From the human T2T-CHM13v2.0 reference genome, Homo sapiens: a DNA stretch of 64,000 bases. The translations under genes were made by a program, and so were the position numbers. The stretch lies in the NCBI RefSeq assembly GCF_009914755.1, contig NC_060935.1; one strand, written 5' to 3'. Of this stretch, positions 1-14,415 are shown in pieces. How positions within the stretch are numbered: position 1 is the stretch's first letter; the number at the start of each line of letters is the position of its first letter. The notes under the pieces are model-generated. The model was not told the DNA's origin. It was given only the letters and a program-made list of their open reading frames with translations, and ran no database searches.

Positions 1-815
1 GGGGTCCTCTTGAGAAACGATGCTTTCCCAAACGTCTGCAAATTGTGAGTGCCAAGTGTCTCCACTGGCACTAACAACATCGAGCTGCTTACGTTTCTCG
101 GAGCGGTCCCGATTTCCAACAAGCAAAAGATCCAAATTCTCTGACCACCCTGACCGTCCTGTATCTCCAGATCTCCAGGTCTTTCCTCTGGACACCTCCT
201 CCATCCCCCCACTTTCACTGCCAGCAGCCCTGAGGCTGCGCGGGATCCCGCTACTCGGAATGCCTTCCTCCTGGCGGGATATTTTTAGAACACTCGACTG
301 CCACCCAATGTAGCCCACATCACATTGTCTTATTTGTTTTCGGGAGCTTGTCCCCGCCTAGCAAGGAGTCGGCTAAGAACTGGATCCTAGCGAGGAGCCC
401 GGCACAGACAGCGAATGACCGCAGCCAGACAGTCGCTCTTGCTCTTCCTCGGCCCTGCGGCAGGATCCGCCGGTGCAGGGGCCTCTCCCCGGACTCCACG
501 CGTGTCTGGAGGGCTCTCGGGTTAGGGAAGGGGGCTTTGGAGACGCCCCGGGCGGCCGGGCGGTGGCGGGACGCGGGCCCTTTAAGAAGGAGCGAGGGGC
601 GCGGCCAGGTAGGGGCGGGTCCAGGGCGGATCAGCGCTGCGCCGGCGCCGGCCCGGGAGCCGGATTTGGAGCGCGAGGCGCCGGTGGGGGCGGAGGGGGC
701 TGCGCGGCGGAGGCTCCCGTGGCCTCGGACGCTCCTCCTAGCTAGCGGCCGCCGCCCGCCGCCGCCTGCGCCTCCAGCTCCTTCGCCCCGGCGGGCCCGG
801 CCGCCGCTTCCGGCA

Positions 816-870
816 GCTCACCTGGGAAGCGCTCACCTGGGACGCGCTCACCTGGGACGCGCTACCTGCC
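816..870. repeat. 15-bp tandem repeat (GCTCACCTGGGA[A/C]GC) x3 plus a degenerate 4th copy in the STX3 5' leader
   Basis: Units at 816-830, 831-845, 846-860, partial 861-870. Confidence 0.95.
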
Positions 871-891
871 TCCGGGCGCCTGGGCTTCAGG

Positions 892-921
892 ATGAAGGAC
901 CGTCTGGAGCAGCTGAAGGCC
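892..921 (+). CDS. STX3: Syntaxin-3 coding exon 1 (MKDRLEQLKA, N-peptide)
   Basis: ATG 892; recognisable syntaxin N-peptide; donor GTGAGT at 922. Confidence 0.97.
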
Positions 922-1809
922 GTGAGTTTCGCCGCAGGCGGGGTGCTGCCAGGAGGGGTGCTGCATGGGAGAGGGGCTTCCCTTTGCTCCCCAAGTCGAG
1001 GCTGGAGGGGGGCCCGAGCCGGAGGCTTGCCCTCCCCAAGCCCCCACCGCTTCCCGCGCCGGTTCCGCACCCTCCCCTCCCCTCCCCTGCGGGGTCATGT
1101 GCCCGGTGATTCATCGCTAGGCAATGATTTTCCTGAACGCCTCTAACTCTCCCACCCCGCAAGCTGGACAGTGTCTGTCCAGAGCTGGTTCCCGAAGCGG
1201 GTGCTTGGGCCCGGGAGGTCAGGGGTCCCTTCACCACCTGCCCACTGCTGCCTGGCACTATGCCCAGGACCAGCCTCCTTCTCCCTTTCCTGTTTCTCTC
1301 CTGAGGTGCTACAGGCCTGGCTGCCCCTTCCCCCAGGGAGCAGCTCAGAGCTCTCTGGTGACCTCTGGAGCTGTGAGCCGGTCACATGCTGGGATGGGTC
1401 AGCTCCTCTCCAACCGGTGGTCTGTAATTGTTATCCCCGGGTGTCATTGTCCCCCCCTCCCCCGCCGTATCTTTTGGAACAGCTGTGGTTAGGTCAAAGG
1501 ATCTGAAGGTAGACTACCTCCAGCCTTGGCTGCGCAAAAGCTGTAAAGCCTTAGGTTACTTACTGTGAGTCTCTGTTTCCTTATCTATCAAATGGGAATG
1601 ATCATACCCTAGGAATTTGTTGGGAGGATCAGCTGATACAATGGAACTTGATACAGAAAAGGGTTAACGCATAGGGTTTTAAGCCAGATATTCATTGACT
1701 CATTCAGTACATAATTATTGAGTGTATTCTATGGGGAGGTCCAGTGCTAAGCCTTGGAGATTCAGTGGCACAGGTTCTACCTTAATAGAATTAAAATCTA
1801 GCCCTTGAC

Positions 1810-1953
1810 ACTCAAGAGTTTAGTCCATCTACTTTGGAGCTTGTTACAAGTGTAGCAGCTTAGGCCTGAGTCTAGCCCCGCAGAATCAGAATCTAATTAT
1901 TCATCCATTTCCCCAGGTGATTCATGGGCACATTACAGTTTGGGAAGCACTGG
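1810..1953. mobile_element. MER5-like hAT DNA transposon relic
   Basis: GAATCAGAATCT...CCCCAGGTGATTC...AGTTTGGGAAGCACTG resembles the MER5A consensus. Confidence 0.55.
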
Positions 1954-4900
1954 ACTGGATTAGAACTGGGGTTGTCTCCTGGCTCCACTGCTTACTGGTG
2001 ATCCCTTAAAATCCCAGCCTAAGTTTTGTCATTTGTAAAATGGGTAGTTGTAAGGTCGAAATGCAACAGAAGATGCTTAAGAACACTTTTAGGGTGCATG
2101 GCACGGGGGACTTAATAAATGGTGAAATATGCTAATAACTGTGAGTGCTCTTGGGAAAATGCAGATGTCAGGGACTGCTGGGATGATGTTACAAGAGTTT
2201 ATCCTTTTTCTCCCTTGCTTGGATGAGACCTTCATTCCTGTTTCACCTGTTCTGTGTAGCAGGGCTGCGGAGGAGGCAGGTAGCTGGGGAAGTGAGAGAA
2301 GCAAAGGGACAGTTGCCTATTGTGGGAGTGGCCTCTCTGCCTCAGGCTTGTGCTTAGTCATCTCAGCCTCACAGCGTCCAGGTTACTGATGGGGCAGAAT
2401 TTATTGCCCCTGTTTTTATAGATGGGGAAACTGCTGCTCACGGGGTAGGAGGGATGCTCCAGGACACAGAGCCGGCCAGGGCACCACCAGGAGAGGAACC
2501 CAGGCTCTTGACACTCTCCACAGTGCTCCTTCCCTTGAAGCACGCTGGTTGGGGAGGCAGAAGGAAAAGAAGAGCACGATTTTGAAGATCTCTCTGTGTC
2601 GGCACACCCAGCAACCATAAAAAAGTACAAAACTGAACAGCAGGCTCTTCCATTTATTAGGAAATCCACTTCCAGAGGAAGATACTCCATGGCCCCTTTC
2701 AGTAGCTCATTGTCAACAATGAGCAAAGAGTCTTAACTGAGCTTTGAGTTCCAAGAATAAATTTAATTTGCCTGGGGACGCTGAGCAAGTCTCTTTGCCT
2801 CTCCTCGGTGCCTCATGGTTACCCTCTGTACAATGGAATTAATGATAGGTTTCCTCCCCTTCCCTCTTGGGGATGTGGTGAAAGTGAGACTGGAGATGGT
2901 GGTGGTATTATGGGAGGATTGTTCTGAAATCACAGGGTGGCTTCTGTAGCGTCTTGGAGCAGATGCATGGCAGCGTGGGACAAAGGGACACAGGTGGCAG
3001 GTTCCAAGACTGATCACTGTGCTTCTTTGCGTCACTTCTCTGCTTCTCAATTCCTCCTTTATACAACAAAGAATTGAGTTGATCTCAGAAGCCCCCTCTG
3101 GCGTTATTATAGGTTTTTCTTTGAAGACTGTTAAGGTTTATGTGGATTTTGGTGTCAGTTCACCTCCTCTTATCCCCTCTCCCCAGCCAGACTCCCAGGG
3201 ATCACCCTCACTGAAACAAGATATGCGTCTTCTCCCTCTGATTTCCGTTATCAATTAGAAGCGTTTGTTAACCTGCATGAAACAAATTGCACATTGAGCA
3301 GCCTATGCAATCTCTTTCTGTGGTGTTCTTTCTAAATCCTGGGGAGGGGAGGTGGTAACTGCCTCCCGATAACTGGAGGGCTTTCCGTGCCTGTGATTGA
3401 CTTTGTTCTGGGTAGATACAAAGAGAACATGTGGGGTTGATGGGTAGAAATGAGGAATCTGTAAGAAAGCGTTTTTAGTAGACAGAGCTGCCCAAGGATG
3501 GAGTAGATGGTGCACCCTCCAGCATGGGAAGGAAGCAAGAAGCTTGTTGGGATTTTGAATGTTGTAGGAATTTGAGCATCTCTTGGAGGGGAGGTGAACT
3601 AGGAGATATAAGGCCTTCACCAACCTTAAGAATGTGTGGTTTTATAAAATGCTTAATTGTGAGCCTGTCCTGAGGCTTTGAAGTCTACAGGGACTGAGGC
3701 CTCAAGAGTTGCCCCTGTAAAGTGGCTCATCACCCTTTTCCCATAGGATCATTGTGAGGATAAAATGAGATAATCCGTGACAATCACCCACCACTGTTAT
3801 TGTTAGTTCCTCTGTCTTGGCCTGCTGGCAACAGCGTCCACACAGAAGGGCATCCCTTCCTGAGGCCATGGTCACAAGATCTGACTCACCTGGTCTCATC
3901 TCATCTCTTCTCTTGCACTGCTCTTCCTGGTGGGCTCCCTCGACAGCCTGCTTTTTCAGTGACACAGGACAGGCTTGCCAAGAATGTGCAGTGCCTCTAC
4001 CCAGCCTATCCCAGGACATGGTTTTCTCTGACTTCTCAGCAGCTGAACTTTGAATCTGCTGAGTCCAGACAGTTCCATGCTTTTGCATGGCCCTGTTTTC
4101 ATTCAGCAAACATTTGCTGAGTACTGAGTACCCACTGTGTGCCAGTCCTTGTACTAGATGCTGGAGTGTAATGGTGATAAACGCATGTTCCTGGCCCTTA
4201 GAAAGTTCATGGTCAGGTAGGAAGAAACAGAAGAAATAGACATGAGGATATCATCCTTGTGATAGAAGCAACCACAGGAAGACCCTGTTGGCCAGTCTTT
4301 GGAAGATGGGAGATGGGCATGAGGCTTTGGGTGGGTTCCCAAGAAGTAGTAATGCTTGAGCTCAGCTGATTCTTCCAGCCCAATCTGACCTTTTCAGATA
4401 TGTAAAGGTGGTTGGAGATACATAAGTTACTTTACGTACCAGATAAGTAAAGAGACCTTGTATCTAATCCTCTCAACCCTGCAAAGCAGAGTGGGTTTTT
4501 CTATTATTCTCATTCTGCAAGTGAGTGAATTGAGGCTTAACAAGAAAGGCAAGGATCCTAGATTGTCTTAATCACTCTCGCATTGGTGTATAAACCATCA
4601 AGCATATAAACAACTCAAGGGAGCATCAGCAGGGTCGCATGTGCATGGTACCTGCTGACCACCATGATCAGAGCTTTGTGACCTCTGTGTGCCTAGCATC
4701 CTGCTGGGCGTCAAGTTTAGGCAGGATTGACAAAGTCCTAGTATCAAAGGGTAAATGATCACATAGGGAAGACAAAGACATGTAGTATATGACAAGAGGG
4801 CCAACAGTAATCAAAGCCATATGGTGGTAATGGAGAAGCCAGTGATGTATGGAATAGAGGTTGAAGGCTTTGGACTCCCTTGGAGACGGATCTGTAGAGG

Positions 4901-7105
4901 ACTGGAAATGACGTGGATGTAATGGCCCTTCAAAGACCAGCACTAATAAGGACACACTAATGAAATCAACCACCTGGGGCTCTAAAGGCCAGACTAACTT
5001 TTTACTCTCTCTGTGTCTTGCTGCTTCCTAAATGGCTGTTATTGGCCTCCTTCCCCACTGGAAGCTCCAGGATCTTTGTGGAATCATAGTTCCTTAGGAT
5101 AACATTATAACCCCATCAGCAACATGGAGCTGTGTACTTCTCCTTTAAAGCTTAATTTGTTAATAAATATTTATCGAGCCGCTTTTATGTGCCAGGTGCT
5201 TTGGATCATAACTGAACCTTAACATACCAATCTGCGCTTCACTGAGATTCTGTCTTTCTCTAGTCATAAAATTTCATTCAAGTCAGGATTCCTGCCTCCC
5301 CTCTTCTCTGTACCTGGGAGGATTCATTCTCTGGAAGAGCTGTTTTTCTGTGAGCAGACGGGAACCAGAGCTGAGAGTGATGGGGATTGAGTAGGGATTA
5401 CAGCCCCATCAGCCGGAGGCCAGAAAATGCTTGGATGAGAGAAGAGGATTAATTTTATTTTTATTCCTGTGAGTGTGGGGGAAGTCGGGGGAATTGGCAG
5501 GAGCTAAGGGAGGGACACTTGTTCATGTTGTCCTCTCTCTCTTCCAAAGCTTCCTCCCTGCCTTTTGTCAAAATTTCTACCCATCTTCCAAAACTCATTT
5601 TTTATAGGTAGTAGTGTTCTGTAACTGCAACTTAGAATACTCTCCTCCATTCTTGCAGCTCTCACGGGGTGCATGTTGCTTTGCAGTAGGTTGTGGGTTT
5701 TTTTTTTTTGTTTGTTTGTTTTGTTTTTTTAATTACCATGGAGTGGGTTTGAAACCACTGTCCGTTGCTTTTTATAAGTTAGACCCTTTATCCCCTTTAT
5801 CTTCTAGGTCCTTTTGTCTTTAAGGTCAGTGTTTCTAGTACTTCTTGTCACCACATCAATTACAATAACAACAATCATTTATTGAGCAGCTACTATTGGA
5901 CAGACTTGTGCTACATACCTTACATACCTTGTCTCTAATTCTCTCAACCCTGCAAAGCAAAGTGGGTTTTTATATTATTCTCATTTACAAGCAAGGAATT
6001 GAGATATTATTCTCGTTTTACAAGTGAAGGAATTGAGTCTCAGGTTTGACTGAGATCCCCATCTGGGAAGTGGTGGGCTCAAGAATTGAACGTGTGTGTC
6101 TTGCTTCTTCGTATCCCCTTACACTGTATTCGATCATCTCCCTAACTGCACTATATGCCTCTGATGCAACAGCAGTTATGATAGTCCTCTGGAGCCCCAG
6201 GGCCTAGCACTCTGCATGGTAAGCCTGTATTAAACATTTGTCTCTTAGTTGATTAATAACAGCTTGACCCTTACACATCCTTTACTCATTATTATGACTT
6301 ATTTTTCTTGCTCCATTCCCTGTGGGCTGGTGAATCTTTACCTACCTGAAGTGGAACATTTACTGAGGGAATCCATATGTTTGCTAATGAAGCCAGACCT
6401 TACAGGTCCATCCCCAAGGACGGAGTTCCAAGGCTCCTAACTACACCTAAACACCTAGCCCAAGATGACATGGAAGGTTGCCCCTATTTAGAAAGACAAT
6501 GAAGGCGAAGATGTGGCTACCATGGTGAAAACTTAGGTACTCCATTTTTCTCCTGGCAAAATCCTACATATCTCCAAAGTCTCAGTTCCAGTGTCATCCA
6601 GCTTCCCAGGCTGACAGCACTGAGCATGCCTTTCCTCGGACCCCGCAAACTTTACTTTTGGTGGTGTATACAAATAGCCACATGGTATTGCAATTTCAGA
6701 TGCCACTGGCTCTGTTAGTTCTTGTGCTCTGGGAGAGCACAGACCACATATGTCTCATTCTCTCTTATACCTTCCCAGCCCAAAGCCTGTAAAGCTGTAA
6801 ACCAAACTGTCCTGTCAATGAATGGGGATATTCTGTAAATTTATTTGCCCGCAGATTCTGTAGTCCCTGAGGGGCCTTACCTCCAGCCACCTTTATGTTA
6901 GGCCCCTCTGCAACTGCCCCCACCCCATCTCCTCTCTCAGGGTAGCCTGCTTTTTGGCATTGGACCATTTCCATGGCAACTTTCCCCAGTCTCCATCTGG
7001 AAACTGAGTGAAGTTCAACCCCCCACCTAAAGAGATTAGTGGAGCAAATACTGTCTGGTTATGTTCAGCTGTCTGGGTTAGGACAGCTCAGTATGGCATC
7101 AGGGT

Positions 7106-7445
7106 TTTTTTTTTTTTAATAAATTTTTAAGTTTTAGCCTACTTTTAGATTTATGGAAAAGTTGCAAAGATAGTACAGAGAGTTCCTGTCTAGTCCTCTC
7201 CTGGTTCCCTCACTTGGTCTCATTTTATACTACAGTGTACACTTAGCAAAACTAAGAGACTTATATTGGTACATTACTATTCACCCAACTCCATACTTTA
7301 TTTGGATTTCACTAGTTGTTCCACTAATGTCCTCTTTCTGTTCTAGGATGCGATCCAGGACACCACATTGCATTCGGTTGTCACATCTCCTTAGCTTCCT
7401 CTGGCCTGTCTGACAATTGCTTAGTCTCTTGTTTTTTGTGACCTT
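7106..7445 (-). mobile_element. Old L1 (L1MC-like) 3' end fragment
   Basis: T-rich start then TTTAGATTTATGGAAAAGTTGCAAAGATAGTACAGAGAGTTCC, typical of an antisense L1M 3' UTR. Confidence 0.6.
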
Positions 7446-8759
7446 GGCGGCAGGGCTCCGGCATCTGTTTTCTAGTGCTCTGGAAGCACATTTCCTGTGG
7501 CCAGTGCTACATGCTACAGCTAGGGTGGTGGTGGAGCAGCCGTTAAGAGGCAACACTCCAGATGGCTGAGGACAAAGTCCCGGCAGCCAGCTGCCCAGGC
7601 ACCCCTCCTAGCTCAGGTGCCCACTGTCTGCAGGATCTTGGTCAGGTTGCTTGGTGTCTTTATGCATTAGTTTTCTCAGCTGTAAGATGGGGAATATCCC
7701 CAGAAGACTGGCCTAGGGATTAACTGTCATGGTCAATAGAAAGCACACATCTTAGAAGGATCCTCACTCAGCACATGTTGAGTGTTTAATGAAGGTTGCG
7801 CGTTGTCACTGTTATTTAAGTATTCTAGAATGACCATGAGGGAGAGGAAGCTTGTGGGACAGAGGCTGAAAGGAGGGGTTGGGGAGAAGGCTGAGGATGG
7901 AGTAAGACAGTATTAGTTCCTTTCTTCCTCCTCTCTGTGTCCTTGAGAACTGAATGCCATGGTGGTGTCCAGAGGCCAGGACAGGAGACAGGGGAAGGGA
8001 GTGGAAGAGAGGGAAGAAGTGTGGGGTGGAGGAGGAAGGATCTAAAGGACACCTGAGATCTCCAGGAGGAAGAAGAAGGCCTTCTTTGAATCTCCTTGAA
8101 TGGCTCCTGGGATGAGAAAGAAAGCAGGAAGAAGGTCTGATCTCCTCACCCTGAGTGGCCTTCTTGTAGGTTTCATTTGGGTAAATCCACACATTCCACA
8201 AAATTTCTCCAAGGAGTCACTTCTGCCAACATTCTCTAATAAGCTTCCATCTTCCCCAGGCTCAACCTTGAATTCAGGCAAGGTTGGGCACTGCGTCTTC
8301 TCTTGGGTGTGTAATTCCTTGGGCTAAAGCACTGTCCTCACGTGTCATGTGGTATTGTATCGCATGGACTGTTGCTTGGCAGATGTTAGATGTGCAATAA
8401 ATACTGCCGGATGAAAGAATGAACAAATGAATCTGTTACTTTGCATGGAACATTGTGGCTGTGCTGATGGGTGATGAGACCTTGAGATGCCTCTCTGAGT
8501 TAATGAAGGAGTGAACATTGGATTAGACCACCCAGGTTTCTAATCTTGGCTGTGTTCCTTACTGTGTGATTCTGGATGAATTAACCTTCCTAGCCACAGA
8601 TTCCTTGTTAGTGTACATAACATCTACCTAGAGGGCCTTTTCCCCCTCTTCTTCCTTTCTTGGGAGTTTTTGTCTTTCTTGTCTAGACCCACCTCAGGTC
8701 TGGAGAAGCAAAAGCAGGTAGGATGGCATGTGAGGATTGGACTTCAATGATTTTTGTAT

Positions 8760-9450
<691 letters not shown>

Positions 9451-10169
9451 CCAATGAATACATGAAATTCTCTCCTCCTGAGACATCTAGTGTCACCATC
9501 TAAGAATTGGCATTAGAATTGCATCTTTGCCAGAAACTCTTAGCAAAAACAAGGCCCAATTTTCTGCTTTAGATAACATGATCTTGGGCATTTAATATGT
9601 GCCTAGCATTGCTCTAAACATGTCTCCTGTGGTACTGATTTAATCCTTGCAACAATTCTATGAGCAGATTATTCTTGTCATGTCACAAATGAAGAAACTG
9701 AGGCACAGAGAAGTTAAGTAATCTGTTTAAGACCATATAGCTATTAAATGGTAGAGCCAGGTTTTCAACTCTGTATCTCTGTAGAGGTACAGAGATACAT
9801 CTGACTGCCTGAGTTGGATTATATACACTGGTATCTTTTTCACTCATGCATATAGGTTAATCCAACTTAGTTTTATGGATGTTGCGGTATCCCCTGAAAT
9901 AAGCGAGAGCGTGTTCACTGAGCCTGAGTGGGGAGGATGCCTTCAAGTGTGTGTAGTGGGGAACAGCAGAAGCCCTGGGCTCCCACAGACTTGCCTGTGA
10001 GTCCTAATGAGGTCGTTTATTAGCTGAATCATTTTGGATGAATTATTTAATTAAGCAGTTGTCTTATCTGGAAATGGGGAAAGTAATATTTGTCCCTCAG
10101 AGGGTTGATGTGAGAATTAATACATTTGAAACCACAAAAGTGCCTGCAACAACACACACACACATTATC

Positions 10170-10170
<1 letters not shown>

Positions 10171-10209
<39 letters not shown>
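10171..10209. repeat. (ATT)13 microsatellite
   Basis: Perfect trinucleotide run. Confidence 0.95.
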
Positions 10210-10810
10210 GTTAGGGCACACTGAGTGGAGTGGGGTCCTCAGGGACCTTGGCTCTTGTCCAGTTGTCCACTGGCTCACTGGCCTTGGGCTCACTGATAGG
10301 ATTTATTCTGCAGTGTCTTCATCTTTCAAATAGGGCTAATTCTTTCCTCAAGTTGTTCAGCTAGGGCTTTCTTCAAAGTAAAAGCATGAGGCTCACTTAG
10401 GATATCATTATCTGTCAATCTCCTCTTGATTTCATCTGATGAGTGTGTTGGGGAAGATGGAATTAAGTGAAAAGGGGAAGTGTGCCCTCTGGGAGGGTTT
10501 CACTGGAAGAGAAATCACAGCTTAGTGAGAGAACTGGGCACTGGAGAAGAGTCATTTGACTCTTCACATAGGAAACAGAGAGCATGGAGTGCCTGTTGAG
10601 AACCTACACTCAGAATTTCTGGCTCTTTAAAGAAGAGGGACTGGAAAGACCAGATGTTGGGCAGTGTGCACATGGGTGTGTGTATGTGTCTGTGTGTGTC
10701 TGTGTAACCTTTGTAAGTGGTGGTGTTTGTCTTTAGGAATCCCCAGACCCTCATTTGGAGGGAGGCAGTTGGGAGAAGTGGGTAGCAAGGACAAGAAAAA
10801 CCAGGAGTCA

Positions 10811-11125
10811 GGCTGGGTGCGGTGGCTCATGCGTGTAATCCCAGCACTTTGGGAGACCGAGGAGGGTGGATCACACAAGGTCAGGAGTCCAAGACCAGCC
10901 TGAGCTACATGGTGAAACCCTGTCTCTACTAAAAATAGAAAAATTAGCTGGGTGTGGTGGTGTGCGCCTGTAATCCCAGCTATTTGGAAGGCTGAGGCAG
11001 GAGAATCACTTGAACACAGGAGGCAGAGGCTGCAGTGAGCCGAGATTGCACCACCGTACTCCAGCCTGGAAGATAGAGCAAGACTCTGTCTCAAACAAAC
11101 AAACAAACAAACAAAACAAACAAAA
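10811..11125 (+). mobile_element. Alu (AluS) with (CAAA)n tail
   Basis: Full dimer. Confidence 0.95.
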
Positions 11126-14100
11126 CCCAGGTGTGTCATTGTTTCTTTGAGTTAAATTTATTGGGAGATAATCTGGATTTATAAAGAAGCATCTGTGTCT
11201 CCAGAGAAATAATTGTTTAAATTTGGAGAAGAGAAGGTGCAAGAATTTGTACTCGCTTGGTTGTGCCAGGAGGGGTGCTGCCCCACCGGCCCACAAATCT
11301 TTAATGCCCCACTGTGGGAAGTTAAGGACCAGATATACCCTTTCCCCTCTGTTATTTCTTTGACCCAGAAACTTTCCTGGGGGCTCCTGGGCTTTCTGCC
11401 TTGTCCTGGGACCCTTTTGTCTGCCTGGGGTCTGGCACCTGTGGCAGGAAGAGAATCAGAGCTGGTGAACACTGTGCTCTTCATCTGGGATGACTTCCTT
11501 TTTCTTTGTCTCATTCTGCCTTGCTGCTCTGATTTGTAAACATTCTTAAGGAGATACTGATGATTTAAACTTACGTTGCAGATGTGTTTTAACTTGGAAA
11601 GGAGGGACAAACTCTTTTTAGAAAGCACTTGTTCATCTATTTCTGTGATTTTCCAACTTTTTTTCTTTCTTTTGTGACAGTAGGACTCTTTCTTAAAATG
11701 AAATCTTATATTGAATCCCAGTGTATAAAGCAGATAAAAGTAAAGCTCTGTAGATTGAAGAGGGGGTGAGGCTCAGGACAGCTACGTCCCCCCATTGGCT
11801 CCCCACTCCCTGAGTACCCTGAGTGGGGTTTCTGAGGCACATGTGAAGTTTCCTGGGTTTCCGCAAATCTGCACTGGAAAGCCAAGCCCCTCCTTAATTG
11901 ATGAGAAAGGCTTAATGGAAACAAATGTTGTCCCCAAAGGGCCACAGCTCCACTTTCTCAGCCCAGGATGCTTTCTGCAGGGTTGGGCTGCTTAGCTTCT
12001 GGGCCCCAGCTGCTCTCAGTGACAGGCTGCCCTGAGCAGCGTGCAGTGCGATAAGAAGGGCTTAGGACAGATGACTTAAGCTTGAGCCCTGTTTCGGCAA
12101 ATCAGTAGCTGGGAGACCTTGAATAACTTACACCTTCTCTGACCTGCATGTTCTCAACTACATACTGCAGATGGGATTCGTTGACATGGTGTACACAAAG
12201 CAGCTAGTGTCTTGTGGCCACCTAGCACCTACTAGGGGCTCTATGGGGTTGCAAATATTTTTATAAATTATATGAGCTAATGAAGAGAGGAACCTGTGGT
12301 CAGATAGACTAACAATGATAGAGAAGGCAGTTGAGACAAAGACACTGAGCCTTGAGAGAGAGGAATTGCAGTTCAGTTGCTTGAGGTTGCATTCTGGGCC
12401 TCTGAACTCTTTCTACTTTCTGTCCAGAGAGGAGGTCATAACCCTGGCTGTCCTTTCTGGATTTGGGGGCACACTTGAGGGGTAGGGTCGGGGGAGATAG
12501 ATCCCAGGTTGGAGTTCAGTGTTGCCTAAGTCATTGGTGATATCTCTCATCTCCTTGGGCGAGAGGCATCTGGAGGTTGGGGAGGGGAGGAAGTTGATGG
12601 CTGGGCTTGTGGTTCACTTGTGTTTTTTATTGTGGCTGATATTGCAGCTACTGTAATGTTCCTATTACCAGATATGTTGATTCTTTGATAAAGATGCTGA
12701 AGTTCTCTTCTTGGCTAAGCTCAGTCATGTGGGCTGAAGATAAGGGCATTGTGTGCTTTCCTTGCCCTTGGGTTCTGATGCCTCTAGATCTGCAAGAGAG
12801 CACATGTGTGTCAGAAGGGCAGGAGCCCTTACCCTGAGATTGGTTGAGCTTGCTCTGTAGGGAAGCCTGCTGCTAGCTCCAGTTTCATGTGACTCCAGAT
12901 AACATGCGATGATGGCCTCTTCCTTGAGTTTTCTGATCTGGACCAAACTTTGTTGTTGTTATTTTGTATTTTTGGAAGTGGCATGCTACAGTGGGAAAAA
13001 CTCTGCATGGGAAAATGGAAATCCAGAAACCTGGGTTCTATTCCTTTCTGTGTCAGTAACTCATTATTTCATTTTGGGCCTTGGTTTCCCCCTGGTTTCT
13101 GTCCAGACCTCCCCTCTGGACAGAAAGTGAAAAGAGTTCAGGGACCCAGAATTCAACCTCAACGTTTCCCTTTTTCTAAGTGAGGGGATTTGATGGTAAA
13201 ATCTTTAACATTGCATTCAGCTCTGAAAGTCCTGTATCTAAAGATACTCATATCCAGGTCAAAGCTGTAGAGAAGTTGACTTGGCCAGATCTTATGTATG
13301 GTTGCTTTATTGAGTTCTTACTGTGTGCTCTACATTGCATAGGGAACTTTAAAATATTATCATATTGAATTCTCACAGCATCCCTGGCAGATAGCATATA
13401 TTTTTTATAGAAGAAGGAGGCAGGGAAGAGGGGTGGATTTTGCAGGGATTCTCTCTGTTGCAGTAAAACCAAAGAGTACGTTTTGGCAGTGCTGGTAGGC
13501 ATGCAGTCACATTGCATGTGACAGGCAGATTCAGTCAGTTGATATCAACTTCAACTTTCTAGGTGCCCAGCCTTGTGTCAGGTGCCCAGGAGATACTAGT
13601 AACACTTACGAGATACTATCCCTGACTTCAGGTTGGTTAAAATTGAGCTTGAAGTTGAGACTGCAACTCATTAAACTATTTGATAAACATGAAGTGGGGC
13701 AAGTTTTGTGGGAGAAATGGGCCCTGTGTTTGAATAGCAGAGGAGTATATGAATATTGGTTGTGATTGGGAATAAGGGGACATAGTGCTAATATGACTAT
13801 TGATGGTGGTTGGGAATGAGGGGGCATGGTATTAAGAAAGCCCAGGAGCAGGAAGCAATGGGATGTGTGCAGAAGACATGAGGAGATCAAGTTGATGAGC
13901 AGAAGGTGTCTGGGGGAGAATAGTGGGAATATAGCTAAACGCATAAATACGGTCAGCTTCCAAAGGGTTATGACAGACAGGCTGAGGACTTTTATACAGT
14001 AAGTAATAGGGAACCATCATGTATTGGGAAACAGGGACATAATGGGATTGGACCAGAGAGATAATGGAGGTGGGTATGGGCAGGAGACTGTTGTAATGGT

Positions 14101-14178
14101 ACAGGGTCTGCTACTCAAGCAAGGTCCAAAAATACTCTATTATTACTATTTTATAGATGAGGAAATTGAGGCTCAGAG

Positions 14179-14415
14179 ATGTGTTACATGTGTGTAACTT
14201 TACAGGGAGGTAGCAGTGTGGTTTTGTTACATGGCTCTATTGCATAGTAGTGAGGTCTGGGCTTTTAGTGTATCCATCATCCAAATAGTATACATTGTAT
14301 CCATTAAGTAATTTCTTGTCATCTACTCCCCTGCACACATGTATTGGGAAACAGGGACACATACATTTCTTTATCCAATCATCCATTGATGGATACTTAG
14401 GTTGATTCCATATTT
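14179..14415 (-). mobile_element. Rearranged L1 3' end fragment inserted in a MIR
   Basis: L1PB/MA-like antisense 3' UTR pieces flanked by the direct repeat TTGAGGCTCAGAG (14166-14178, 14416-14428). Confidence 0.6.

Larger units (their letters stand above)
420..1100 (+). promoter_or_regulatory. STX3: CpG island / STX3 promoter and first exon
   Basis: Very high GC and CpG density; GC box GGGGCGGG at 612-619; AT-rich TTTAAGAA at 581-588; leads into ATG 892. Boundaries estimated by eye. Confidence 0.85.

Noticed and set aside
348-1109. 253-aa ORF and other long ORFs across the STX3 CpG island
   Set aside because: Non-ATG start, low-complexity Pro/Arg/Gly/Ala content, expected from stop-codon scarcity in GC-rich DNA; out of frame with STX3
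10627-11139. 170-aa ORF and similar ORFs (19858, 24079, 43812, 50143, 55313)
   Set aside because: Antisense Alu translations with no independent coding evidence
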